From: Bdellovibrionia bacterium | GTDB lineage: Bacteria > Bdellovibrionota > Bdellovibrionia > Bdellovibrionales > JAGQZY01 | Assembly (NCBI GenBank): GCA_030424715.1 | Contig: JAUHWH010000002.1 | Location: 147,080-211,079, forward strand | Length of the DNA: 64,000 nucleotides | Direction of reading: 5' to 3' | Part shown: positions 49,045 through 59,403 of the stretch, piece by piece | Position numbering within the stretch: position 1 is the stretch's first letter | Layout of the letters: each line of letters opens with the position of its first letter | Translations under genes and position numbers: made by a program | Notes under the pieces: generated by a model | Seen by the model: only the letters and a program-made list of their open reading frames with translations | What the model was told of the DNA's origin: nothing | Database searches by the model: none

Positions 49045-50364
49045 TCACCCTTTGCTCTTCATCACAAAAATACGAATGGGAATACCCTCGAGACCAAAAC
49101 GCTTCTTGATTCTCTTGGTGAGAAAACGTCGATAGGCATTGTCAACACCATCGGGGTGATTCGCAAAGGCAATAAAACTGGGTGGCACCTGCTTGGTTTG
49201 GGTGAGGTAGTAAAATTTCACGTTTCTCAAACCATAAACCGGCGCCGGCGCCTGACGAATGACGTTCATAAAAAAATCGTTCAGCTCACTGGTAGAAATT
49301 TTTACATTGAGCTTTTCACGAATGCTCTCGATCATTTCAAAAAGGTCCTTCAGCCCCTTGCCCGTTTTTGCACTAATAAAAGTAATGGGAATATCGGCAT
49401 AAAAATGAAAAGTATCAGCCAGCTTTGCTCGAGTGGTCTTGCGAAACTCGGGGATGTCCGCTTCACCAAGATCCAACTTGTTGACCACTAAGATGACGGC
49501 CTTGTGGGATTCTACGATTTCTTCGAGGATCTTGGCGTCTTGTTCGCTCGGCCCCTCGACCCCATCTATCATCAACAAAACCAACTGTGACTTGCGAATC
49601 GACTGACTGGTTTTGATCGCTGAGATAATCTCAACACCCTCTGTGCGTTTGGCTGACTTTCTCAATCCCGCTGTATCGATCAAACGATACTCATGGTCGT
49701 TGTATTGAAACTGAAAATCGACAGAATCAACCGTGGTTCCCGCCATGGAGGACACCAGCATCTTTTTGGCGCCCAATAGCTGATTCGTGAGTGAGCTTTT
49801 CCCAACATTAGGTTTGCCAACTATGGAAAATACGAAACCCGTTTTTGTCTCTTTTTCTTCAGCTGTTAGGCGCTCACTGATCCACTCCAAAAGCTGATCC
49901 ACTCCGTAGCGAGCTTCGAAAGAACAGGTAATCAAAGGCAACCCAAACTCGTAGAACTCAGCACCGGCGATATCGAGCTCATGACTTTTATCGACCTTGT
50001 TGATCACTAACAAAAAATCCTTGCCGGACTCCTTGGCTATGCGAATGATCTCTCTGTCCTCGGGACACAGCCCACTCTTGGCATCCATCACGACCAGCAG
50101 GTAGTCCACCGTCGAGAGAAACTCGAGGACACTCTCTCGAATGCGACTGGATATCTCATCGGCGGCTTCGGTAATACCACCCGTATCGACAAGCTCAAAA
50201 GTCTTGCCCCAAAGCTCGGCCTCTTCAAAAATAATGTCTCTTGTCACCCCCGGTTGGTTTTTCACCAACGAACGGCGTGACTCCACCAAATAATTAAAAA
50301 GGGTGGACTTCCCCACGTTGGGGCGTCCAATGATGGCAAAAATGGGCTTGTTGTTACTTGTCAT
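49045..50364 (-). CDS. der: Ribosome biogenesis GTPase Der (EngA)
   Basis: Two G domains: GRPNVGKST/DTGG/NKVD and GKPNVGKSS/DTAG/NKLD. Confidence 0.97.
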   Translation of the reverse strand: MTSNNKPIFAIIGRPNVGKSTLFNYLVESRRSLVKNQPGVTRDIIFEEAELWGKTFELVDTGGITEAADEISSRIRESVLEFLSTVDYLLVVMDAKSGLCPEDREIIRIAKESGKDFLLVINKVDKSHELDIAGAEFYEFGLPLITCSFEARYGVDQLLEWISERLTAEEKETKTGFVFSIVGKPNVGKSSLTNQLLGAKKMLVSSMAGTTVDSVDFQFQYNDHEYRLIDTAGLRKSAKRTEGVEIISAIKTSQSIRKSQLVLLMIDGVEGPSEQDAKILEEIVESHKAVILVVNKLDLGEADIPEFRKTTRAKLADTFHFYADIPITFISAKTGKGLKDLFEMIESIREKLNVKISTSELNDFFMNVIRQAPAPVYGLRNVKFYYLTQTKQVPPSFIAFANHPDGVDNAYRRFLTKRIKKRFGLEGIPIRIFVMKSKG

Positions 50365-51244
50365 GGTGATAACCCACTTCTTTCATAATGCTCTTGTTTT
50401 TCATCCAGTTCTTTTTATAGGCCACATGCAACCCCAAGAAGACCTTCTCGCCGAGCAGGGCCTCAATCTTTTTACGAGACTCTTGACCGATTTTCTTCAG
50501 ACGGCTCCCCGCCTTACCAATTAAAATCGCCTTGTGATTTTCTTTTTCAATAAGGATGTTGGCCAAAATATGCTGCATTCCTTTTTCTCTCTTAAAGGAT
50601 TTGATGACCACACCCAGCCCGTATGGTAACTCCTTTTCGAGTTGCACAAAACACTGCTCACGAATGAACTCGGCTACAATGTCACGAGTGCGGTCTAAAG
50701 AAATCATATCCGGATCATAAAGTGGATGGTGCTCCTTCGGCAAAGTCTCCGCCATGGTCTTCAAGTAAGCATTGATGTCGGAACGATCTTTCTTTTTGAC
50801 GCTAAAATCCATCCATACAATGCCTTCTTTGTCGAAGTCGACCTTGAGTCCTTTGACCACCTCTGACTCCTCGAGATCGGCTTTTGTGAATAAAACACGA
50901 TAGGGTTTGCCGGAATTCTTTACTTTCTCTAGCAAAATCTGCAGAGACTCAGTCGCCTTTTGTTCAAAGCTGATCAAAACCATCAGATGCTCACTTCTCT
51001 CGACGACTTTCGTAAACTCGACGGCTAAGAACTCGAAGAGTCCCGGTTTGGACTCCACCAAGCCTGGAGCATCTAAAAAGATCAGCTGGTAATCGTCAGT
51101 GGATACCAACCCGGTGAAAGACTGCCGGGTGGTTTGGGGCTTGCTCGAGATTATACTGACTTTTTCACCGAGAACTTCATTTAAAAATGTGCTTTTCCCA
51201 GCATTTGGCAATCCTAGAATTCCAATAAATCCACAATGAATCAT
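50354..51244 (-). CDS. era: GTPase Era
   Basis: GLPNAGKST, SKPQTTR, EFIREQ, ELPY, KH domain ILIGKAG; follows rnc. Confidence 0.94.
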   Translation of the reverse strand: MIHCGFIGILGLPNAGKSTFLNEVLGEKVSIISSKPQTTRQSFTGLVSTDDYQLIFLDAPGLVESKPGLFEFLAVEFTKVVERSEHLMVLISFEQKATESLQILLEKVKNSGKPYRVLFTKADLEESEVVKGLKVDFDKEGIVWMDFSVKKKDRSDINAYLKTMAETLPKEHHPLYDPDMISLDRTRDIVAEFIREQCFVQLEKELPYGLGVVIKSFKREKGMQHILANILIEKENHKAILIGKAGSRLKKIGQESRKKIEALLGEKVFLGLHVAYKKNWMKNKSIMKEVGYHHDK

Positions 51245-51927
51245 CGCTTTATTTTCTCCAGCGCTTGTTTCGCAGCGTTTTGGGCGGCCATTTTTTTACT
51301 CGCCCCACTGGCCACACCCCAGGACTGTTTGTTGACAAAAACTTCAATTTCAAAGACCCGTGAATGATCCGGGCCCGACTGATTAATCACCACATAGTTC
51401 GGCGTTTCTTTGAATTCCTCTTGCACCCACTCTTGAAAGCGTGTTTTGTAGTCTTTTTCAAAGTCATGCTCGCTGAAAGCCTCTTCGATCAGAGGTTGAA
51501 AGTTGTCTTTCACCCAATCAAAAACAGTGGCATAGCCCGAATCCCTGTAAATCGCTCCCACAACCGCTTCAAAGGTTGAGGCAATGATCCGAGGGTTACA
51601 GCGAAGGTTATTGTTTGCCTCCCGGTCTCCCACCAAGATGAACTGTTCCATCTCTCGCTGCTTTGCGAGTTCACAGAGACGATCTTCATTAACAATGCTA
51701 GCTCTTTTGCGTGACAGATTACCCTCTTGATCATCGGCGTAGCGAACCATCAGAAGGTCACTGACAACCAGATCCAAAACAGCATCACCCAAAAACTCTA
51801 ACTTTTCGTTATGAACCCAATCTTCGTTTTCTTTTTGAAAGCTCTTGTGGCAAAAGGCTTGCCTCAACCACTGTTCGTCCTTGGCTACGTATTGAATCTT
51901 GCTCTCTATCAACTTCAAATCAAACAT
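51241..51927 (-). CDS. rnc: Ribonuclease III
   Basis: NEKLEFLGDAVL signature; dsRBD DYKTRFQE..GPDH..SKKMAAQNAA. Confidence 0.95.
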   Translation of the reverse strand: MFDLKLIESKIQYVAKDEQWLRQAFCHKSFQKENEDWVHNEKLEFLGDAVLDLVVSDLLMVRYADDQEGNLSRKRASIVNEDRLCELAKQREMEQFILVGDREANNNLRCNPRIIASTFEAVVGAIYRDSGYATVFDWVKDNFQPLIEEAFSEHDFEKDYKTRFQEWVQEEFKETPNYVVINQSGPDHSRVFEIEVFVNKQSWGVASGASKKMAAQNAAKQALEKIKR

Positions 51928-53248
51928 GAATAAATTCTCCAACCAAATAACCGTTCATGCGGCCCTGACTGGCTCGCTGGTAACCACGAATCTTCATACG
52001 ATGCAACGAACCTGGTGTAACTTCTGTGTGACCTTCCACTTTGATATCCCAGTAATCCCGGGACAGACAGTGCAAATGATCGTTTTTATATTGCACGGCC
52101 ATCACGTCTTTTTCTTTACCCATCTGGGCCGAGGCCAACAGATCGTAACGCTGTTGGCTCAGCTCTCTGAGCTTTCGTGCCCGCTCTTTGCGAGTCGCCC
52201 ATGGGACAGAGTCAGACATCTCGTTGGCACGCGTTCCACTCCGCTCACTGTAAGGAAAGACATGAATACGGGACCAAGGCCAACGCTCGAGGTTGGCGAG
52301 GGTTTCTTCGAATAGAGCATCGGTCTCTCCGGGGAACCCGACGATCACATCAAGCCCCACGAAGGCTTGGGGATGCCTCTCTTTGATCCACAACAGTGAC
52401 TCTCCGACCTGCTCAGCCGTGTACTTGCGTCGCATGCCAGCGAGCACCGGAGTCGAAAGGGACTGCAAACTCATATGAAAATGAGGACACATTTTAGGGT
52501 TGTCGTAGAGGTCCATTAACTTATTGGTGATTTCAATGGGCTCGAGACTGGTGAGCCGAATCCGTGGAATCTCTGTTTGATTGAGGACCTGTTCTACCAA
52601 GTCGTCCAAAGCGTAGGGCCCTCCATAAGTTTCTTCGTCAAGATAGTCACCGATGTGAACACCCGTGAGCACAACTTCGTTGATACCTTTCGCTGATAGC
52701 TCTCGTAAGCGCTGGAGAATCATGGGCACAGTCAAGCTACGACTTTTACCGCGCGCGAAGGGAATAACACAGAAACTACAGAAGCTGTTGCAGCCATCCT
52801 GAATTTTTACGTAGGAGCGAGTGTGTCCACGCTCTTCTCCTCCGCCTTCTCCCAAGTTTTCATTTCTGAAGATGTTGGATCGCAAGATTTTGCTTTCTAG
52901 CTCTCCTCTAAAATGCTTTTTCAAAATATCTTCAAGGTCGTTTTTGTGTGAATTGGCAATCACTAAATCAATAGCAGGGACATCGTCGACAATAGCACCA
53001 TCGACCTGTGCCGCACACCCAGTGAGAACAACCGTGGCCAGTGGATTTTTGGCTTTAATACGGCGCGCCTGACGAACAGCCTCTTTGGTGGCCTCGGCCG
53101 TCACCGCGCAGGAGTTTAAAATGTGTACAGAAGGCTGTTCGGGGTCATGGATAAAACCTGAGGCATGCAATCGTTTTTGCAGCAGGCCCGTGTCGTAGGT
53201 GTTCACCTTACAGCCAAAGGTTTTTACATCAAAACGGGGGGCGCTCAC
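51920..53248 (-). CDS. mtaB: tRNA t6A37 methylthiotransferase (radical SAM)
   Basis: [49 protein letters not shown] overlap with mnmA. Confidence 0.92.
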   Translation of the reverse strand: MSAPRFDVKTFGCKVNTYDTGLLQKRLHASGFIHDPEQPSVHILNSCAVTAEATKEAVRQARRIKAKNPLATVVLTGCAAQVDGAIVDDVPAIDLVIANSHKNDLEDILKKHFRGELESKILRSNIFRNENLGEGGGEERGHTRSYVKIQDGCNSFCSFCVIPFARGKSRSLTVPMILQRLRELSAKGINEVVLTGVHIGDYLDEETYGGPYALDDLVEQVLNQTEIPRIRLTSLEPIEITNKLMDLYDNPKMCPHFHMSLQSLSTPVLAGMRRKYTAEQVGESLLWIKERHPQAFVGLDVIVGFPGETDALFEETLANLERWPWSRIHVFPYSERSGTRANEMSDSVPWATRKERARKLRELSQQRYDLLASAQMGKEKDVMAVQYKNDHLHCLSRDYWDIKVEGHTEVTPGSLHRMKIRGYQRASQGRMNGYLVGEFIHV

Positions 53249-54327
53249 TTGATCCACCCTCCGCCAATCAAACGGTTGTCTTGGTAAAAAACGGCGGCTT
53301 GGCCCGGTGTGATGGCCCGCTGCTTGTCGTTGAAAACCACACGCACTTGCCCATCCGCGAGAGTTTCAATCTGCGCCGGTGCGCCACTATGAGAGTAGCG
53401 AATTTTAACTTGGTAGTGATCCTCTTTCGGTTCTTCCAACCAATGACAGTTTTCGATGAGCATTTCTTTTGAGAACAGATGGTCTTCGGTTCCGACCCAG
53501 ACCTCATGGGTTTCAGCATCGACTCGTAAAACGTAGAGGGGGCACTCGGCAGAAATCCCCAAGCCTTTGCGTTGCCCGTAGGTGAAGTGATGAATGCCAT
53601 TGTGCTCGCGCAAAACCTCGCCTGAGGGATAGCGCTTCATCAAGCCTTTCTTTTGGGCCAATTCACTGTAGTGGGTGTTGATAAATTCGCCGTAACCGGC
53701 TTTGTCGACAAAGCAAATACCCACCGAGTCTTTTTTGCGAGCCACCACTAGATCTTGAGCCTCGGCATAGTCGCGCACTTCAGCTTTGTTCATCTCGCCC
53801 ACGGGAAAAAGCAACTTGGGGATCAGCTCTGGCGCGATCGTAAACAAGAAGTATGTCTGGTCTTTCCAACTATCAGCGCTGGTGACGATACCCCATTGTC
53901 CCTCTTGATTTTGTTTTAAAGTGGCATAGTGACCTGTGGCTAGGTAGTCACAAGACAGTTCTTCCATTTTTCGAATCAGGTGATCAAATTTTAAGTAGGT
54001 GTTGCAATTCACACAGGGCAAGGGCGTCTTGCCTTCCATGTATGAGTTTACAAAAGGGTCGATGACTTTCTCTTTGAATTCGTCTTCACAGTTCAAAACA
54101 TAAAAAGGGATCCCAAGGCGGTCGGCGACGTCGCGAGCATCATCAACGTCCTCACTGGAGCAGCAAGTGCCCGCCCCTTCTTCAATACTGCATTGTGAGT
54201 AATCCCAAACCTGCATGGTGACACCAATCACCTCGTAGCCTTGTTCAACCAACAACGAGGCGGCGACTGATGAATCGACACCACCGCTCATAGCGACCAG
54301 AACACGGCCTTTTGAAGACTTAGCCAT
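53245..54327 (-). CDS. mnmA: tRNA 2-thiouridylase
   Basis: [46 protein letters not shown]. Confidence 0.96.
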   Translation of the reverse strand: MAKSSKGRVLVAMSGGVDSSVAASLLVEQGYEVIGVTMQVWDYSQCSIEEGAGTCCSSEDVDDARDVADRLGIPFYVLNCEDEFKEKVIDPFVNSYMEGKTPLPCVNCNTYLKFDHLIRKMEELSCDYLATGHYATLKQNQEGQWGIVTSADSWKDQTYFLFTIAPELIPKLLFPVGEMNKAEVRDYAEAQDLVVARKKDSVGICFVDKAGYGEFINTHYSELAQKKGLMKRYPSGEVLREHNGIHHFTYGQRKGLGISAECPLYVLRVDAETHEVWVGTEDHLFSKEMLIENCHWLEEPKEDHYQVKIRYSHSGAPAQIETLADGQVRVVFNDKQRAITPGQAAVFYQDNRLIGGGWIK

Positions 54328-55495
54328 GCAACACCTCATGCTCCGTTTGTAACTTGCGAAGATGGACCACCACTTCGGCTAGGGCCCTAGCTAAAGACTC
54401 AACCTCTGCTTTGGTGGTGTCTTTTCCAAGACTGATCCGCAATGACGATTGCGCCTGGTCTCTCGACAGGCCAATGGCCAAAAGAACCGGACTGGGCTCG
54501 GGGTTCCCAGAACTGCAAGCGGCTCCGGTTCCCACCGAAAAACCTCGAATGTCTAGATTCATCAAAAGACTTTCCCCACTGACGTCAACAATTGTGAAAC
54601 AGGAGGTGTTCGCTAGACGTGGGCTGGCTTGCCCAAGAATTTCAACACCTGGAATTTCTTTGGCTATAGAAGACTCAAAAAAATCACGCAACGGAGCCAC
54701 CTCGGCAGCAAAAGACGCCGAGTCCAGTACCGCGATACGATGGGCAAAGCTTGCGATAGCAACGGTGTTTTCGGTACCGGCTCGACGTCCACGCTCTTGC
54801 GCGCCCCCTTGTGTGAGTGACTCAAAAGGCGTCCCTTTCCGAATAAACAAAAGACCACTACCCTTCAGGGCGTAAACTTTATGACTTGAAAAGCTAGCTA
54901 AGTCCACGGGTAGAGCCTGTAAAGAGAAGGGGTATTTGCCAAGAGCTTGCACCATATCGCTATGAAAAAAAGCCCCCACCTCTTTGGCTTGAGAAATCAT
55001 GGTTTGTAAAGGTGCGATGGTTCCCAGTTCGTTGTTAGCCAACATCACTGACACCAAGGCCACCTGATCGTCGAGCTTTTCTTGGTAAAACTTGAGATCG
55101 TATTGACCATTCTTATTCACTGGAATCCGCTCGACGGTGAAACCCATCGCTTGTAGATCGGGGATTTGTTTGAGGACGCTGGGGTGCTCAATCCCACCCA
55201 ACAAAACCCGATGGCGTTTGGAATTCTTCTTTTTTAGGGCCGTTAAAAGACCTTTTAAAGCCATGTTGTTGGACTCGCTTCCGCCACTGGTAAAAACAAT
55301 CTCTAAAGGATGACACTGTAGGGATTTCGCGATGGAGCGGCGAGATTCGCGGAGCAACTTTTTAGGACCACGTCCATGGGCATGAATCGAACTCGGATTT
55401 CCCCACAAAGCGAGCCACTGGGGCACCTGCTTGAGCACCTCACCATCCGCCGGAGTTGTAGCATTGAAATCAAAGTATATATTGCCTCGTGTCAT
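54320..55495 (-). CDS. iscS: Cysteine desulfurase (IscS/NifS-type)
   Basis: [27 protein letters not shown] (PLP Lys), GAACSS. Confidence 0.9.
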   Translation of the reverse strand: MTRGNIYFDFNATTPADGEVLKQVPQWLALWGNPSSIHAHGRGPKKLLRESRRSIAKSLQCHPLEIVFTSGGSESNNMALKGLLTALKKKNSKRHRVLLGGIEHPSVLKQIPDLQAMGFTVERIPVNKNGQYDLKFYQEKLDDQVALVSVMLANNELGTIAPLQTMISQAKEVGAFFHSDMVQALGKYPFSLQALPVDLASFSSHKVYALKGSGLLFIRKGTPFESLTQGGAQERGRRAGTENTVAIASFAHRIAVLDSASFAAEVAPLRDFFESSIAKEIPGVEILGQASPRLANTSCFTIVDVSGESLLMNLDIRGFSVGTGAACSSGNPEPSPVLLAIGLSRDQAQSSLRISLGKDTTKAEVESLARALAEVVVHLRKLQTEHEVLHG

Positions 55496-55504
55496 ATCGG
55501 CGCT

Positions 55505-55533
55505 AACCTAGCATCCCCTTGAAATCAGGTCAA
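55505..55533 (-). promoter_or_regulatory. Sigma-70 promoter for the iscS-mnmA-mtaB-rnc-era-der operon
   Basis: Minus strand TTGACC-N17-TAGGTT, 9 nt before ATG 55495. Confidence 0.55.
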
Positions 55534-55760
55534 ATCCTGACTTTTTCATGGATTCAGCCGCCCCATTCTAAGGCTTCTCCGCCGGTCTGACAAAAACCGT
55601 CAGTGCCTCAAAAATTCGACAGTGGAGTCGCGATCCGTCGCTCTGTTAAAAGCTAATGATTATAGGTGTTTACGATAGGCACTTCATCACCTCTGATTGG
55701 CTCGCTTCTTGTACTTATTACAGTGGAACCCAATTTGACAAACTAAAAGGAGTGCCCTTA

Positions 55761-57269
55761 ATGAAATCATGGAAAGTCATCCAAAGCGCCGTCAGCATGC
55801 TTGCTGTCATCGGCCTACTCGCTGCCTGTACCGATCGCGATCTACTCAGGGACGACAGTAAATCTTCAAACTCCGGAGTGGTCGATGCTCGACAGGTGAT
55901 CGATGATCCCGACTTATCGAAAATTGAGAAATCAAACAAGTTGGTATCGGTCGGTGAACAACTTTTTACACCCGAATCTTTCTTTTTGAGCGCACCGGTT
56001 TTCGACGCCGCCCTGGAACAGAACTCCAATAATTCCGCAGCTCTCTTTTATAGCGCCATTCTAAAACCCATGATGAATATGCGTGGAATCATGGCTCGAA
56101 TCGAACCTCTTATGAAAAAAGATCCTTCTCGTTATAACAGTTATAAGCGAGCCCTCGATAATAAGAACTTTACTATCCTTAAAAAAGACCTCGGATTAAG
56201 GGGTTACTACAATGAGACCCTTGAAATCCCAGGTGAGTTTCTTGCCGACGGTGAAAACTTGCCCCTTATTACTTCGGAAAACGAACTGCTCGACTTTGTG
56301 TATGAGCAAGTGAGTGCCTATGATGAATTGCGACAGTTTTTTAACGCCAACAAAGAACTGAGCTTTACCACTAAGATCTCAGAACGCTGGTACAGTGACC
56401 GTGCTGGAAGCCGTAAGAATGTATGTCGTTACACCAAGATTCATGACTTGGCCGTGCAAATTGATTGCGAAGAGAATCCAAAGTTCATGGAAGTAAAAAT
56501 AGACCGTGGCGAAGTGGTTGTCTTTAAATCGGCCGCTGCGGGACTAGCCATCATTCACACGATCTCATCGGCTTACGACCTCACGGGAATGCAAAAAGTG
56601 ATCGCCAAGTTGCGGGGCAAGTCCATGGCCTCAGAGCAATTTCTTATCGAGAGCACTTTGAACCAAAATGACCAGATTGCCACTCTGCGAGATCAGCAGT
56701 CTTTAAAAACAGTTCTAGCAATGGGGGTCGACGGAATGCTCGGTGCTCGCTGGGTAAAAGACAACCAAGAAACGCTTTGTCCCCCTCCAGTGGAAGGATC
56801 GGCTTTTGTAAAAGATGGTTTTCAAATGAATCGAATGACTCAAAAAATGGAACAAGGGAAAAAGCATCTTTTGAGAGAAGGACATCTCTTTGATGAAGGC
56901 ATCTGTACCCATCGCTTGGACCCTCGAAGAAACCGATCGCAACTGGAAAAACTTTTCGACACCATTGATTTAGCCCTCACTGGTGGCATTATCACTATCT
57001 CGGGTGAGAAGGTGGCTCGCATGGACCGAGGTCAGACAATGTCCACGGGCGAAAAGGCCACTGCTGAAGTCAAACCAGCGGTTCTTTTTAATAGTCCCAT
57101 TCAAGATCTACGGGATATCCGGCCCACGAACTACAACGCCTGCGGCAACATAAAAGCTCTTTCTGACAGCAGCCTTGGTGGCGTGTTTGTTAATGACGAC
57201 GCCCAAAGCTATCTCTACGACATAAACCACATTGGGCAAGACGATGGCTTTTGTGAAGTGGAGTTATGA
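55761..57269 (+). CDS. Large hypothetical lipoprotein
   Basis: AAGGAG SD; MKSWK..AVIGLLAAC lipobox; short TPR-like helix pair (FDAALEQNSNNSAALFY); several Cys. Confidence 0.75.
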   Translation: MKSWKVIQSAVSMLAVIGLLAACTDRDLLRDDSKSSNSGVVDARQVIDDPDLSKIEKSNKLVSVGEQLFTPESFFLSAPVFDAALEQNSNNSAALFYSAILKPMMNMRGIMARIEPLMKKDPSRYNSYKRALDNKNFTILKKDLGLRGYYNETLEIPGEFLADGENLPLITSENELLDFVYEQVSAYDELRQFFNANKELSFTTKISERWYSDRAGSRKNVCRYTKIHDLAVQIDCEENPKFMEVKIDRGEVVVFKSAAAGLAIIHTISSAYDLTGMQKVIAKLRGKSMASEQFLIESTLNQNDQIATLRDQQSLKTVLAMGVDGMLGARWVKDNQETLCPPPVEGSAFVKDGFQMNRMTQKMEQGKKHLLREGHLFDEGICTHRLDPRRNRSQLEKLFDTIDLALTGGIITISGEKVARMDRGQTMSTGEKATAEVKPAVLFNSPIQDLRDIRPTNYNACGNIKALSDSSLGGVFVNDDAQSYLYDINHIGQDDGFCEVEL

Positions 57270-57649
57270 TCGACAAGACTAGTTCTTTTAAACAGACACC
57301 GACGAAGCTGGCACTGCTGCTAGCTTCGTTTTGCTTTTTCACCGCACACTTTGCCATGGCCTCTAACGAAACCATGGCCGATGTCGAGATCTACAACTGC
57401 GAGAAAGACTTTTGCGTTAAACTCGTCGCCCCTCAACTCTACAAGTCTTCAATGGGGCATCAATACGCTTTTGGTCCATCCCAGCTGTCAGTCATCACAA
57501 AACACAAACTTGTTAAAAGCGAATTCCAAGACTTTGAAGGCAGTTTTGATCCTCGAGATGGACGCTTCTACTTGTCTAAAAAAGCATCTCCCATTGGTTA
57601 TGTTATCGACACCAAGGTCCAGCAAATCTACCGTTTCCCGCCTCTTTAG
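57266..57649 (+). CDS. Small secreted hypothetical protein
   Basis: ATGA overlap with the lipoprotein gene; hydrophobic signal ending AMA; CEKDFC. Confidence 0.65.
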   Translation: MIDKTSSFKQTPTKLALLLASFCFFTAHFAMASNETMADVEIYNCEKDFCVKLVAPQLYKSSMGHQYAFGPSQLSVITKHKLVKSEFQDFEGSFDPRDGRFYLSKKASPIGYVIDTKVQQIYRFPPL

Positions 57650-57680
57650 TCTAGATCCCCCGGTCTTACAGCGCTTTTGC

Positions 57681-57707
57681 TAAAAGTCCCTTCCGAACAG
57701 CCGATAA
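57681..57707 (+). promoter_or_regulatory. Sigma-28 (FliA) promoter
   Basis: TAAA-N15-GCCGATAA, an exact match to the FliA consensus, 4-7 nt upstream of ATG ATG (57712/57715). Confidence 0.85.
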
Positions 57708-57711
57708 GAAC

Positions 57712-59403
57712 ATGATGTCGAACGCAAATTTTCCATGGCTCAAAGCATTGGGCCACACTATTGATGATTTTAAAGCCATGCCCGAAGGTGAAGATATTTT
57801 ACTTTGGGGGCTAAAAAATAAAATCGTCAATGAAACAAACTATCTAGAGTGGGCTTCTTCTTTTTACAGTGTCCCACTGATCAAGCCCGAGTTCTTCTCA
57901 ATGGCCGTGGACTTCACTCTTCTTGCAAAATACCCGGAGCTCTATCAGTGGTCAGCCCAGTGCTACCCTGTCTACGAGTGGGAAGACACACTCTTTATCG
58001 CCTGTATCTCCCCCCCGAATCAATCGATCAGTAAAAAAACCTGTTTGGTGATGGCGCCGTTAGAACCTTTGGAAAAGGCTTGGCTTAAAAACCTCGATGC
58101 AAAAGGCAGCGCTGTGGTACCGTCATATGCACCCGGCAATACAGTGATCACAACACAAATGTCAGAAGCTTCCATGGTCCAAACTGAAGAACCAGTTGAA
58201 ACACCAAAGGAACAATCCCCCCGAGAAAGTGTGACTACTGTCGACTTCAGCTCTCTCGTCGACGATGCCGAGGCTTCTCCTGAGCCCACTGTAAACCTTG
58301 GTCAAGAATCTCCGTTCGAAAAGCATCAGGACATGACCCCAGAAGCTTCTGCGGTCGAAGGCTTCATCAAAGAACCTTTAAATGAAATCGATTTTAGTGC
58401 ACCCACTTTAGAGGGAGATCAACAGCCCATAGTGAGTGACGACAAGACAGCCGTGACAGCGACTTCGGCGGCGTCAGTGCCCATTGAAAAAGAGGCTGAC
58501 TCCCCCGACAAGCCCGAGGTGATCGCATTGGGCCCCTCTGAGGAAAAACAAGGCACCCCCTCTGCTCCAGACAGCATCCAAGAACCAGCAGTAGAGCCCG
58601 CAACATCGGCATCTGCTTCTTCGACTGACGATGTTCTACCCCCCCTTGATGACCTCAAAGCTTTACAAGTTGAAGACCCACAGTCAGCCCCGGGCCTCGA
58701 GCCGCCTGTGGCAGAGCAAGAGGAAGTGTCAACCGTTGCTGAATCTTTTGCGGATGACTACACCCCAGTCCCTATCGTGACCAAAGAACAGCAAGAAGCA
58801 CAAGAGCGTCGGCGACAAGAAGCGCTCCAAAAGAAAATCAGTGCGAAACAAACGGAAAGTACGATCACCGATCATGCTCAGCCGATCCACACGCCTCCAG
58901 AAAATCAGATCACAGCAGAGGACTTTAAGGCCGCTGAAACCATCGAAAACGCCGACACAATGAAACTTGTTATCGCACACCTTTTTAGTCACTTAAAACG
59001 AGACTATAAACAACTGATGTGGGTCGAGAAAAATAATGAATCGCTGTTTTTCCCAAAATACGTTTACGGCCCATGGAACATGACGAGCTTGGCCTGGCGT
59101 ATGCACGTGAACATTAACAACCCCAATATATTCCGGATTGCTTTTAAGTCAGAATCTCCTTTTCATGGTGTCGTCTATATCAATCCCTACAACGAAAAAT
59201 ATTTCGAATGGTGGAATGAAGGGGTCTGTCCCGACTATGCCACAGTCTATCCCATCATTATCGACGAAAAAATTATTGGCTTTATCACTGGCTTTAACAA
59301 AAACGAGCAATTCGATGAGGTGGCGAGCCTCAAAAAGATCGAGAATCTTGTCGCTCTTTGCAAAAAAAACATGGAATCTTTGCAAGGTTCCAAAGCCGCT
59401 TAG
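57712..59403 (+). CDS. Hypothetical protein: GspE/PilB N-terminal-like domain, long acidic Pro-rich linker, GAF-like C-terminal domain
   Basis: VNETNYLEWASSFYSVPLI..CYPVYEWEDTLFIAC resembles T2SSE N-terminal subdomains; residues about 130-400 are E/D/P/S/T-rich; C-terminal IFRIA..PFHG..TVYPIIIDEKIIGFITG. Confidence 0.55.
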   Translation: MMSNANFPWLKALGHTIDDFKAMPEGEDILLWGLKNKIVNETNYLEWASSFYSVPLIKPEFFSMAVDFTLLAKYPELYQWSAQCYPVYEWEDTLFIACISPPNQSISKKTCLVMAPLEPLEKAWLKNLDAKGSAVVPSYAPGNTVITTQMSEASMVQTEEPVETPKEQSPRESVTTVDFSSLVDDAEASPEPTVNLGQESPFEKHQDMTPEASAVEGFIKEPLNEIDFSAPTLEGDQQPIVSDDKTAVTATSAASVPIEKEADSPDKPEVIALGPSEEKQGTPSAPDSIQEPAVEPATSASASSTDDVLPPLDDLKALQVEDPQSAPGLEPPVAEQEEVSTVAESFADDYTPVPIVTKEQQEAQERRRQEALQKKISAKQTESTITDHAQPIHTPPENQITAEDFKAAETIENADTMKLVIAHLFSHLKRDYKQLMWVEKNNESLFFPKYVYGPWNMTSLAWRMHVNINNPNIFRIAFKSESPFHGVVYINPYNEKYFEWWNEGVCPDYATVYPIIIDEKIIGFITGFNKNEQFDEVASLKKIENLVALCKKNMESLQGSKAA

